NCBI RefSeq assembly: GCF_006345805.1
Contig: NC_043003.1
Span: forward strand, 45,260,001-45,324,000
Reading direction: 5' to 3'
Source of the DNA: Octopus sinensis
Taxonomy: Eukaryota
DNA length: 64,000 nt
Position 1 is the first letter of the stretch; each line of letters begins with the position of its first letter. Both the position numbers and the translations under genes were made by a program. The notes below the pieces were generated by a model. That model had not been told where the DNA came from. It searched no databases and worked only from the letters and a program-made list of their open reading frames with translations. This document shows, in pieces, positions 51,999-64,000 of this stretch.

Positions 51999-52040
51999 AT
52001 GTATTTACATATATATTTGCATGTGTGTATGTTTCTAAAG

Positions 52041-52072
<32 letters not shown>

Positions 52073-52104
52073 ATAAACAAACACAAATATATATATATAT
52101 ATGA

Positions 52105-52137
<33 letters not shown>

Positions 52138-52721
52138 CGTGTATGTGTGTGTGTATGTATGTATGCAAATGTGTGTGTGTGTGTGTGTGCGTGTGTGTGT
52201 GTGAGTGTGTGTGTGATTGAGTGCGTGTACTTGTGCAATTGTAAGAAACAGTGATTGCTCGCTTTTGAGCTATTGTAAGAATAATCGATGCAACGCTGTT
52301 TTGAAGCGTTGGTGGCGGCGGTTTGGCTGGTTTCAGTTTCGATTTCAAAGTTTGTTTCGCCCAGGTCCTAGGGGCGGGTGAGACAGACGTTGAAGTGAGA
52401 TAGTTGTTTTCAAGTTGTAATATAGAAATTAATCTAAATAAAGAAAGAAATCAGTGTGAGGTGAAAGGAAAATGGTGGGAGGATATGTAAGGGGTTATAT
52501 TTCGGTGTGGTGGGGTGGGGTGGGGCAGTTCTCGCTACGCTTCGTGATTTTAATTGTTCGCAGTGTTGTTGTTGTTGTTGTTGTTGTCGTCGTCGTCGTG
52601 TTTTGCTTTCTATTTTTGGCGATGCTTTTAATTGTTTTTGCTTAGTGAAAATATTTTTGAAAAAAAAACAACAAAAACCACAAGTAGCATTAAGAGTAAT
52701 AAAGGATAATTTTGTAAAATA

Positions 52722-52723
52722 AT

Positions 52724-52757
<34 letters not shown>

Positions 52758-52829
52758 TAATAATAATATAATAATATAATAATAATATAATAATAATAAT
52801 ATAATAATAATAATAATAATAATACTAAT

Positions 52830-52865
<36 letters not shown>

Positions 52866-52904
52866 CATAATAATAATAATAATAATATAATAATAATAAT
52901 AATC

Positions 52905-52942
<38 letters not shown>

Positions 52943-52952
52943 CATATAATAA
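52722..52952. repeat. Imperfect (TAA)n array
   Basis: Seen directly. Confidence 0.95.
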
Positions 52953-53181
52953 TATTATTGATGAAATAATGTTGATGATGAGGATGATGATGAGGATGAT
53001 GAGAATGTAAATAAGGCAACGAAAAGGAAAACAAAAATGAAGTCAAGGAAAATAACGAAGAACAATACAAGTAAACATAAGCGCATACACATACAAACAT
53101 ACATACATGATATACACACAAACATACGTATGTATAAACATACATACATTCGGGCAAGCATACGTACACACACACATATGT

Positions 53182-53233
<52 letters not shown>

Positions 53234-53235
53234 GT

Positions 53236-53272
<37 letters not shown>

Positions 53273-53919
53273 TATATTATATATATATATATATAGATAT
53301 ATATATATATATATATACATACATATATATATATATATGTGTGTATATATATATATATGTATGTATGTATATATATGCTGAAAAACTCGCATTCGTACAT
53401 ACGTAGAAACATAGATGGTGTACACGTATACATACGTAAGAATACACATTGATATATAATTTGAAATAAATTTATGAAATGAATTGAAATGAGACAAATG
53501 TTGTTGTTGATTATCTGAGTTGTGTGGGGAGTGGTGGCTCCGAGTTGGTGTCTGTGTGTCGTGGAGGCGTGTATCGGGTGTAGCGATCGTGTGTGTGCGT
53601 GTATGTGTGTGTATGTTGTGAGGGAGGTGTAGATTTAAGATGAAAGGAGGGGAGTAGAGAGGCATATAATAAATAAAAGGGTTGAGTATTTGAAAATTGA
53701 ATTTCAATATAATGAATCAAAAAGAGAAAGGCGTAGAAGGGTTGTGGGGCTTCTGTATGTGATGGGAGACATGGTATGGTGCTGTGGTATGGACGGGGTT
53801 TGGCAGAGGAGAGGGTTGGGTCTTGTTGTTTTGTTATTGTTGTTTTTTTTTCTTGGTGGTGCTAATGAAAGAAAAGAGTAAATGTTGAAAGACAATGAAG
53901 ACAAAACACGCGAATGCCA

Positions 53920-54314
53920 ACTACAAAGGAAAAGAAAGCTGGGGAGGGTATGGGGTGCAGGAGGGAGAAAAGGAGGAGGAGGAGGAAGGAGAGCAGAAGG
54001 CGACGACGGCGAAGAGGAAGAAGGAGAAGAAGAAAAGAAGAAGAAGAAGAAGGGGAAGGAGAAGAAGAAGAAGGGGAAGAAGAAGAAGAAGAAGAAGGGA
54101 AAGAGGTGGAGGCGGAGGAGGAATAGCAGGAGGCGACGACGGCGACAAAGAAGAAGAAGGAGAAGGAAGAAGAAGAAGAGGAGAGGAAGTGGAGGAGTAG
54201 GAAAAGGAGGAAGAGGAAAGAAGAAAAGAAGAGGTAGAAGAAAAAGGAGAGGAGGAAGAAGAAGAATAAGGTGATGATGATGATGATGATGATGACCACG
54301 ACGACGACGACGAC

Positions 54315-54364
<50 letters not shown>

Positions 54365-54560
54365 CAATGATGGTGATGATGGTGATGATGATGGTGGTTG
54401 GGTTTGATAACAATGATTATGAAGGAAAAGGAAGATGTAGAGGAAGAAGATTATGGTTGTGGTGGTGGTGATGGAGGAGGAGAAAGAGGAGAAGGAGAAG
54501 AAGCAGAAGAAGAAGAAGAAGCAGAAGAAGAAGAAGAAGAAGAAGAAGAAGAAGAAGAAA
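53920..54560. repeat. Purine-rich (GAA/GGA) and (GAT)n low-complexity tract
   Basis: Seen directly. It generates the poly-K/R/E and poly-S ORFs. Confidence 0.95.
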
Positions 54561-55833
54561 GACAGAGGAGAAAACCCAAACCCTACCCAACAAGACCCTG
54601 ATTATCAACCACAAGAACAACAGAAGCGACAAAAACGAATTCAAGAATAAAACAACAATACCAACAATAACAACAATATATATATAACAATGTGTTATAT
54701 ATAATTTAGGGATGAATAAATGGAAGATGCATTCTGAGTATTTGATAACCGGGTGGTTAACTTTCAGGAATAGAGTGAGAATTGACGAAAAGGCGGAGCA
54801 TGTTCATTGCTTAAGTTATCAGTATATTTGATGAGAAAGATTAGGGTATAATCTAGAGTTTGTGTAGAGATGGCTGTGGTGGTGATAATAATGATGATGA
54901 TGATGATGGTAAGGGGCGGTGACGATGGCGGCGGTGGTGGGTATTTTCTTTTTTATTTCCATTCCCAAGACAATATTGAATTGGAATAATTATTTGAAGA
55001 TTCACATTCCTTGTTTCTCATTTAATACTTATGAATTAAGGAAAAGAAATAAAAGTTAAATTCCTTTTGTACGCTTACACACTAATGTATTTACATACAA
55101 ACGCACTTAAATATATACTATATAATACATATTCAAACACCCATATATATATATATATATATAATATATATAGAATATATATATATATATATATATATAT
55201 TATACAATGTATATATATTTATAGACAGATGCGTGCTCACACATTTCCACACATGTATATCCTCATCCATATGCATGCCTAAAATCTTAGATTTTTTTTC
55301 TTTTTATGACTTCTTGTATATATTTTTCAATTTGATTCTAATAAAGAGAATTTGTTATTACTTTGAGATTTTACGTCGAATCTCAAATTTACAACATAAA
55401 TAATTTGTTTACATGCACCACTGAATACAGATGAAGACTCGGTTATACTTTCTGCTTCAACTGCTCATAAATATTCTTTTAAATGAAATTTAGGCAATAT
55501 TCAAATTAACTGGGTAACTGAATTTCATAAGTGCACACGTTTTTCATTTTACATTTTTATTTTCTTCACTGACCCAGAGAACAGTATCTATGCCAGCATA
55601 TAATGGAAAATTTAACAGCAAAGTTCTGCTAGCTCCTTGAATTCTTAAAAAAAGATATATAATTTTTTTTCTTAAGATGTACCTTCAGCTTCATTTGAAT
55701 TTTTAATATGTCTATTGGGTGAATGGTTCCATCGAATGATGATATTGTGTTCTTCTTGGTATGTTGCAATCCCTGAGGTGGGCAATATAACTATACGGCA
55801 ACTTTCGGGTTTACTAATTGTGATGTTGTGAGC

Positions 55834-55837
<4 letters not shown>

Positions 55838-55873
<36 letters not shown>

Positions 55874-56120
55874 CATATATATATGTAAGTATATCGTATG
55901 TTGTGTGTTATGTATAATATATATATATACAATATATATATGTATAGACATGTATATATATATGTATATATATATGTATATATATATGTACGTATGTATA
56001 TACATATATATATATATGTATGTGTATATATATTGTATATTATATATATATATATATATATATATTATATTATATATATATATATATACTATATTATACA
56101 TATATATATATATATAATTA

Positions 56121-56214
<94 letters not shown>

Positions 56215-56250
56215 ATATTAGATATATATATATATATATTATATATATAT
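55838..56250. repeat. Interrupted (TA)n array
   Basis: Seen directly. Confidence 0.95.
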
Positions 56251-56759
56251 TCCTATTTGCATGAATACAAGGGACATATATTTATATATTTAAGAGCAGT
56301 TAATATGAGTGTCTATGTATTATTATATTCGTAAATGAGATTCATATAAATAAATGTGTGTCTATTTATATATGTGTGTGTGTGTGTGATTTTGTCTGTG
56401 TGTGCATGTATACACACACACAATCACTCACATGTATGTACATACACAGAATATTGTATGCGCTCTTGATAAAAGGTTTTAAGCAAGAATTTCACTGTGG
56501 CTGATAAGTATCTGTACGTATTGCCACGTACACATAATCTTTACGAATTTAAAAAATTCACCAGCATCAACATTGGCGTTTGTCTTAGTGGAAAATTTCA
56601 TTTCAAGTTAGTCATGTGTTCCTAGTTTGTTATATAACCACGTTCACTTTTTAAAATCTTAGAGCGAAGTCAATGAGCATTTACGATTTGAAGCATAACT
56701 AGGTTTAGTAATTGTTTCTAACATAAGCAGAGTCCTAGAAGTTTTGTGAAAAGTGCGTT

Positions 56760-57080
56760 ACTTGATTAAATGAATGATGGCTGCAGCGTCCATTTTACTG
56801 ATAACGCAGCATTGAGACCGAAAATAGGCAAGTCATTTTACCGGCACTTTAACGGATTTGGTAGCTGAGACAATGCAGCATTCTAGCTGGATGCAATACA
56901 TTTTTAAAACATAGTCACAGGGCCAAAACTTTTGTGAAAAGAGAATTTGCTTGATCAATAGGATGATGGCTACAGTGTCAATTTTACTGATAATGCAACA
57001 TTCGGAGTGAAAGTCCGTAAGTAATTTTTCCGGCACTCTAACGAGTCTGGTAACAATGGCAATACGACGTGCTAGCTATG
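56760..57080. repeat. Diverged 189-bp tandem duplication
   Basis: ttttactgataa at 56793/56982 and ccggcact at 56841/57030 share a constant offset of 189. Confidence 0.85.
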
Positions 57081-57164
57081 TACTACGATGTTCGGTCATT
57101 TTACATCAAACTCCGCACAGCAAATTCCAACGTATGGGCTTCTGGGTAACAAAACCCCTGCTTA

Positions 57165-57197
<33 letters not shown>

Positions 57198-57214
57198 ACG
57201 TGTTTGTATGTATG

Positions 57215-57433
57215 TATATATTTGTATGTCTATGTTTGTTCTCCCCCATCGTCACTTAACAACCGATGTTGGTGTGTTTACGTCCCCGTAACCAAGCGGT
57301 TCGGCAAAAGAGACCGATAGAATAAGTACTAGGCTTACGAAGAATAAGTCCTGGGGTCGATTCGTCCGACTAAAGGTGGTACTCCAGCATGGCAGTAGTC
57401 AAATGACTGAAACAAGTAAAAGAGTAAAAGAAT
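57215..57433 (+). mobile_element. SINE-A 3' module
   Basis: Near-consensus module ending caagtaaaagagtaaaagaata, preceded by (TG)n. Confidence 0.88.
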
Positions 57434-58149
57434 ATGTACGAGATTATAAGATATCGCTTGGCTGGCCTAATATATTTAAAAACCTAAATAGTTTGTACTC
57501 TGTAAAGAATATGTTATTAATAAGTGTCGATGTAGTAACAATAAAAAGATATCGGTGTGTGACGGGCATTGACTCCGCAAGCCCAACAATATTTTCCACC
57601 AATTCCATAATTTCTTCAGTTCATTTAAATGAATTGTTAGCTCTGTTTCCATACTTAATACATGATTTAACGAAATACATAAAAAAGAAACATTCTATAT
57701 GAAAGTGAAAAACAAAAGCAAAAAGAAAAAAATTATACATACAGGAAACCAGAATTATTGAAAAAGCGTTTTCAGAGGAAACCTGCACGTTCGATACTAT
57801 CAAGTTTGGTCTGCTAAACTTTATGAATATATTTAAGTTTTCATTGATTATAATATGATAGCACAAAATATCAACGTATATATTTAAAGAATTCGTCTAA
57901 AATATAACAAGAAATTTCGTGAAATATACCAAATTTATGGGCCTAGGCAATATAAACTACCAGGATCAAGAATACCATTATTGTTAAAATGTTCCAGAAT
58001 TACGTATGTATATCTTGTAAAATAAGAATGAATCTTCCAATATACTTATATAATGCAAATGTATACCTAATTTGTATACATAATTATTTTTTATGACTTG
58101 ATGGTAAATTGCTTGCTAAAACCGTATAGAAGCAATTCAAAATTCTACA

Positions 58150-58750
58150 ATAGGTTGGCTTTCTTCTTATTTATGGAAGAGCAATAATGTTTTCTTTCAA
58201 ACTAATTTGGGATAGAAGGGCAATGTCTATAACCAATTATCTTTGAGAGCCTCGGATAGTTTTAGTATGAAGGGGAATTCCGCCTTCAAACATGAAACTA
58301 TTTTTTAAAGCCCCAAAAACTGAACACTGTCAAAATAATCCAGGGACCATAAAATGTCTTAAACGGGTGATGGATCAAGTTTGCCACCTAAGATTTCAGA
58401 ACATACATAGTCGGAAGATGTAGAACATGGCATGTCGTCCGACGTATTCACAATCTCCAAATCAACCTCAGTAAACTACCCAACCCGAAAATAGGAAATA
58501 TAAAAAAAGATATTAATGAAATTTCAGCTCAGACAGTAGAGCCTTCACAAATGCCACGTGGCATTTTGCCCAGAGATCATACCACTTCCTGCCAATAAAA
58601 TATATTCGAGAAGTGTGTATTTGATTTGATTGACGTTAAATAAGTTACAAAGAGCGCATAGATTTAACTGAGCTATAAAATTTATTTCTGTGAGACCTAA
58701 AAGTGCCGTACCTAATTTTCTAAAAGTCAAATAAGCGATACCTAATCAAA
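58150..58750 (+). pseudogene. Possible decayed Kolobok-type DDE transposase
   Basis: Fragments WDRRAMSITN, EHCQNNPG, GDGSSLPPKISE...HGHVVRRIHNLQINL and FN*AIKFISVRPKS occur in the order expected for DGxWQKRG / CxxNHxGS / GDGDS...CxxHxxKR / NESFNxxIWxxxPK. Many stops and frameshifts. Confidence 0.35.
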
Positions 58751-59341
58751 ATGTTGAAATGTTTATTGAATTAAAAAAAAAATATATAGTACACATAATT
58801 TGTGAAAATATAAGACATAGATTAAACATGGCACGAAATAGAAAAAATATTTATTAGGAAAGACAGATGAGATTGTCAAGTATTAAATATTAAGCGTAGA
58901 GCAAGAAATAATTAATAAGTATTTGTGAACATGTGATGTGAGTTATATAATACTTCATACTATACGGCATGTTGAGTCTAGCACAATGATAAATAGATAT
59001 TAGGCGAATTCAATGGTAGTCTAGTGGAGAGGTAAAATTACATATGCTGCATAAAAGGAACCTGATACAAAAATATATGATGAAGGAGAAAGAATTTCTT
59101 TTTGTGATTGAAGAGATCAATCAGTGACTTGTAGCTAAATTTAGCAAAAAGAAGGAATATTATAAAGAATAACACAGATCAAACAAAAATAAATTGTTCT
59201 CTTCAAAGCAGAAAGTGTTCTTTATTCTGCAAACTGACATCGAAGAAACAGCTGGTGAGATATATGGGAGAAAGTTGTACGTCAGAACAAAAGCGGCGAC
59301 TAAATAATATCTTACTAACGAACACGTGTGTTTACATTCAG

Positions 59342-59375
<34 letters not shown>

Positions 59376-59626
59376 GTAACAACAACAAAAATAATAATAA
59401 TAATTATTATTATTATTATTACAATAATAATTCTTTTATTACAGTCACCAGGTCGATTTTCATACATGTAACAAAGTATGCATAATGGTTACAAAAATAC
59501 GAATGTGGGGATAACAGAGTTATATAACAATGAGAGTCAAGTAAATACTTAATACAGTGCGCGAGCACGTGCACACACACACAAACACACACATACATAT
59601 ATATAACAATTATATATATTATTAAC

Positions 59627-59948
59627 TGAAGACTCCGCCGGTTACGACGACGAGGGTCCCAGCTGATACGATCAACGGAACAGCTTGCTCGTGAAATTAA
59701 CGTGCAAATGGCTGAGCATTCCACAGACACGTGTACCCTTAACGTAGTTCTCGGGGATAATCAGCGTGACACAGAGAGTGACAAGGCTGAACCTTTGAAG
59801 TACAAGTACAACTCATTTTTGCCAGCTGAGTGGACTGGAGCAACGTGAAATAAAGTGTCTTGCTCAAGGACACAACGCGTCGCCGGGAATCGAACTCACA
59901 ACCTTACGATCATGAGCCGAATGCCCTAACCACTAAGCCACGCGCCCT
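59627..59948 (-). mobile_element. SINE family C, intact young-looking copy
   Basis: The minus strand begins gggcgcgtggcttagtggttagggcattcggctcatgatcgtaaggttgtgagttcgattccc (clear A and B boxes), followed by the full body. Confidence 0.92.
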
Positions 59949-60116
59949 CACTATTATTAACTACATATACTTAATATATATTGCTTTGTGTATTTTCCGG
60001 TGGTTGCAATAGCGTGGTGTGGATATGAGCGCGTGGATGTGTGTGTGTGTGTGTGTGTCTGTGTGTGTCTGTGTGTGTGTGTGTGTGTGCGCGTGTGTGT
60101 GTGTGTGTGCGCGCGC

Positions 60117-60164
<48 letters not shown>

Positions 60165-60699
60165 CCGTGTTAGAAACTTGAAATAATAGACCGTTATACA
60201 GCAATACAATAATATTAAGATATATAATTTATAGAACATAAAAGACAAATGGTCTACCCTTAGCTTCACACAAATGAAGAACACTACCAGTTGGACCAGG
60301 TCAATACAAACTACAACTCTTTCAGTGTATTATTCGTCATCATAGGACGAGTGCATCAGAAGGCACCGGTGAACATGATTTATTTTCAATTTGTTAGAAA
60401 ACAGCCAGCTTCGCGTGGGAAATCTTGTTTGAAGATGATGTAGACATTTGGTGTGGCCTTTACTAACATTCTATCAGTTGCATGTTTCTTAAATTCAGCT
60501 CTTATATTACCATCGTAGTGCAGCTTAGAATTTTCGACTTCAAATTTCAGAGTACACAAATTGATTGAAAGCCACATTTCTGAATCACCGAACAGTAGAA
60601 CTCATGACGAACTCATGAAGAAAGGTTTATCATGTCTATTTCTGATGCCTTCTGCAACGGTCAATAAATTTCTTCTGTCCCATTTTCTTCCTTCCACTG

Positions 60700-61400
60700 C
60701 TAACATTCTACTAGTCATCTCTGTATCCTCTATTTGCTCCTGAACGAAGTAATATTATGAGTTAGTGACGTGAGACATGGTTTTTGACTTCATCAGCTTC
60801 TGGTTTCAATGATGAGGCGAGATTTTTTGGTCATGATCTGTGATGCAAGTGGCAGTGAGACTAACATAAGCCACTTTTTGTTTTTTGGCTTATGTTTCTG
60901 TTAATTTCTTCTACACATTCATCTTTCCTTTCGTTCTCGTTTCCCACTCTAGGAAACTTTCAAGGAACTATCATACTCAACTGGAACTTTTGCACTGAAC
61001 AACTAGTGTCAATTGTATTCTATTTACACCCACCGCTAGCATGACTCCAAGGTGGCTTTGTGGTTTACGGGTAACATCATTATGATCTTCACTAACGTCT
61101 TCCAACAACATATCATTTAGGTAACTCTGCGCTGAAAAATTTACCAATAATGCGGAAGAAATGTGACAGCGAGCCTTGAGGGAGAAGAGATTTCTACAGC
61201 TAATATGTGTGACTGCCTCTCTTTTATTACACAACAAACTGCTGGATTTTCTTAATTTACTTGTTTCAGGGCAAGGAAAACATCCTTCCCCCTGTAAGAA
61301 GATAGACACACGTCAGTTTTCTTTTTATTCGTTCCTGTACATATTACTCACCCCGCGTTGCAGTCTTTTCTGATTCATCGCTATCAGTCTTCCTTCTCTA
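60700..61400 (-). pseudogene. Possible decayed Tc1/mariner-superfamily (maT/DD37D-like) transposase
   Basis: KKTDVCLSSYR, SKLRKSSSLL...NLFS and DVTRKPQSHLGVMLAVGV loosely follow the DLGLxSY / KRLxRSxxLL..IVFSDEK / QxPxSVMVWAGV layout. No TIRs identified. Confidence 0.35.
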
Positions 61401-62210
61401 GCTGGATACGACTTACGATAAAAAAAAATGTCCACGAGATAGTCAACGAAATTGTTGACCAGATATCATCCACTGTGTAAGATTAATAATTTTCGTGATT
61501 GTTTTTAATGCTTTTCTTTCCAAAATTCCCGCTACAATCTACCACACTAACAATTTTATTGACAGAGATATCACTACTTATACTGTAACTTAGTTCAAAA
61601 TCTAACTGAGGTCAACATTGCTTTGCATACTTCGGACACGAAAAAATACAGTTATCAATCAAATAATGGAGTTGATGGTACTGATTAATCTCAACCTTCA
61701 TAACAACTTGCTTTCCGCCTTATTTAGAAATAAAAGGTTGTTGCAATCGCAGAATCATATCGACTAACACACCTTCTCTCAAAATGGCAGCGTTCTGCAT
61801 AAATTTGAATAATTGCAGATAATTTTAAATATAGGAAAATGTGTCACGATATTTGTTCCGGCTCCTTATATCCTCAGTCTAAATCCTGCGGTGGTCAACT
61901 TTGCTTTTGATCCTACTGAGGGCGATAACATAGCGTACCGATGAATAACTGGGTTTGAAGTATCGAGTAACGCCATTTCCTTCAAATTATTGACCTTATG
62001 CCTAAATTATGAGTCATAATAATAATAATAATAATAATGATGATGATGATGATGATGATGAAGAGGGGGGGGAGGAGGAGAAGAGAAGAAGAAGAAGAAG
62101 AAGAAGAAGAAGAAGAAAAGAAGAAGAAGAAGAAGAAGAAGAAGAAGAAGAAGAAGAAGAAAAAGAAGAAGAAGAAGAAGATGATGATGAATGATGATGA
62201 TGATGGTGAT

Positions 62211-62505
62211 GATCTGGAAATAGAGGAAACTCGAATGTGGAGTCTAAAAACAGAAACAATTCCTATCATAGTAGGTGCATTAGGTATGATAAAAAAAATA
62301 TTCAGACAAATATACAACAAAAACAACAGGACTTACAAGTATATATAACATACAGAAATTAGCACTACTAGGCAGTGCACACATCCTACGTTGAACACTT
62401 TCAATTCAGTGAAAATAAGAGCATCATAACTAACTAACCGCAGCACATAGCCTAGGATCACAGAGCTGCGCTCTGTAGTGTAGAGAAAGCACGTGATAAA
62501 TACTA

Positions 62506-62510
<5 letters not shown>
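62211..62510 (+). mobile_element. R4/Dong-type short 3' fragment
   Basis: DLEIEETRMWSLKTETIPIIVGALGMIK plus a 3' UTR nearly identical to 63340-63438, ending tactactgaa(taa)n. Confidence 0.88.
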
Positions 62511-62585
<75 letters not shown>

Positions 62586-62591
62586 GAAGAA

Positions 62592-62774
62592 TGCCACATC
62601 ATGTGAAATTCCCTGAACAATATTTCGGCATATAGCGTGCCTTCCACGGGTTCAAAATTACATGTCAGTCTACTTCAATTTTTGTTAAGACTATATAGGA
62701 CCGAGGTAACTCATCCAGAAGTTAAACATGCTAGATGCCGAAATATTGTTCAACAAATTTCACATGATATGGCA
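62592..62774. mobile_element. MITE with 48-bp terminal inverted repeats
   Basis: 62592-62639 matches the reverse complement of 62727-62774 at 42/48 nt. The 87-bp interior is non-coding. Confidence 0.8.
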
Positions 62775-62838
62775 CAACTTAAACAACAACAATAACAAGA
62801 AGAAGAAGAAGAAGAAGAAGAAGAAGAAGAAGAAGAAG

Positions 62839-63433
62839 AAGGAATATATTCACAGACACGACAGAGTTGGGACCTATATACACTGGAAACTATGCCAACA
62901 TTATGGAATAACAACAGAAAAAAGATGGTATAGGCACACACCAGAAAAGGTCACAGAAAACGAGAAAGCAACCATACTCTGGGATATGCCAATACACACA
63001 GATAGAGAAATTAAGGCCAACAGACCAGATATAGTTGTCAGAGATCATGAAGAAAAAAAATGTTTTCTAATTGATGTATCAATACCAGAGGATGACAACG
63101 TGTCTCTAAAAGAAATGGAGAAACTTTCAAAATACAAAGACCTGGAAATAGGGGTAACCAGAATGCGGAATCTAAAAACAGAAACAATTCCTATCATAAT
63201 AGGTGCCTTAGGCATGATAAAAACATATTCAGACAAATACATAACAAAAACACCAGGACTTACAAACACATATAACATACAGAAAATTGCACTACTAGGC
63301 ACTGCACACATCCTACGCAGAACACTTTCCATACAATAACCATCAGAGCATCACAACAATTCACAGCACATACCCAAGGCACACAGAGCTGCGCTCGGTA
63401 GTGAAGTGAAAGCACGATATAAAAAATATACTA

Positions 63434-63438
<5 letters not shown>
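62839..63438 (+). mobile_element. R4/Dong-type 3' fragment with open RLE frame
   Basis: KEYIHRHDRVGTYIHW, ENEKATILWD, ANRPDIVV, FLIDVSIP, KYKDLEI and PIIIGALG, stop at 63339. The 3' UTR ends in (TAA)n. Confidence 0.92.
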
Positions 63439-63491
<53 letters not shown>

Positions 63492-63854
63492 TCGATGATG
63501 ATTTCATTTATTTTGCCACCTGGATGAAGGATGAGGGACAATACAAAGACAAATATAATAATAATAATAATAGATCACTTAAACTTGTTAGGGTAGTGGG
63601 ACCCTTTAGGTCTTTTGAATCCAGCCCTTCTAGAGATGGTGGCATCTCAATAAAAATACTGGTGGCTCTGGACACCTCATCACCACTTTCCTCAGTATGA
63701 GAGTAATGGATATAAGAATTAATATTTGTATAACATGCTTACAAAATATCTAAAATGATATTGATTTGAAACAAAACACCAAATTTGTAACATATCTGAC
63801 TGAACTAATTGAAGGCTGCATTCATTTAACAAATACGTAAAGATGAAAAGCAAA

Positions 63855-63950
63855 GAGGACCAGGCGAGTTTTGAACTCAAAACAAAAAGCGATGTGTGTA
63901 ACTTAAATACCACAAGCAATAGTGCGCTTAGCTCTAACCGATTCTGCCAA
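63855..63950 (-). mobile_element. Degenerate SINE-B head
   Basis: ggcgagttttgaactcaaaac...ctaaccgattctgcca resembles the reverse complement of the family B 5' end. Confidence 0.5.
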
Positions 63951-64000
63951 AAACCTATCATTAGTCATTAGCTAATATTCCTTCGTCCTCTCAAAAATAT

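Noticed and set aside
61349-61398. Minus-strand 50-nt exon candidate (REGRLIAMNQKRLQRG) with GTGAGT donor
   Set aside because: It overlaps the putative decayed transposase, the acceptor is weak, and its phase match to 31862 could be chance.

Overview
AT-rich eukaryotic DNA, very dense in microsatellites, with no long intact protein-coding ORF. The SINE/LINE repertoire and repeat style suggest an octopod cephalopod (Octopus-like); this is an inference, not a database match. Almost all ORFs in the supplied track are translated microsatellites. Recognisable coding material is decayed transposons: a CR1/Jockey-like LINE, L1/Tx1-like 3' ends, four R4/Dong-type RLE 3' fragments, a Penelope-like GIY-YIG fragment, Tc1 and mariner remnants, and weaker Kolobok-like and maT-like remnants. 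At least three tRNA-headed SINE families are present, labelled A, B and C here as working names. The best host-gene signal is three phase-compatible plus-strand exon candidates (27341-27374, a 6-nt microexon or recursive AG|GT site at 32448-32453, and 33814-33881), with a near-consensus CTCF motif in between. Most notable observations: (i) the SINE-B 3' tail matches the 3' end of a Tx1-like LINE that sits inside (GATA)n arrays, suggesting a SINE-LINE partnership with a microsatellite-targeting element; (ii) decayed hammerhead-ribozyme cores in Penelope-like terminal repeats, one pair in inverted orientation around the GIY-YIG fragment; (iii) the microexon/recursive site; (iv) several long hairpins/MITEs and an inverted same-subfamily SINE pair. 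No CRISPR array, rRNA or convincing tRNA gene was seen. Repeat boundaries were read by eye and are approximate.
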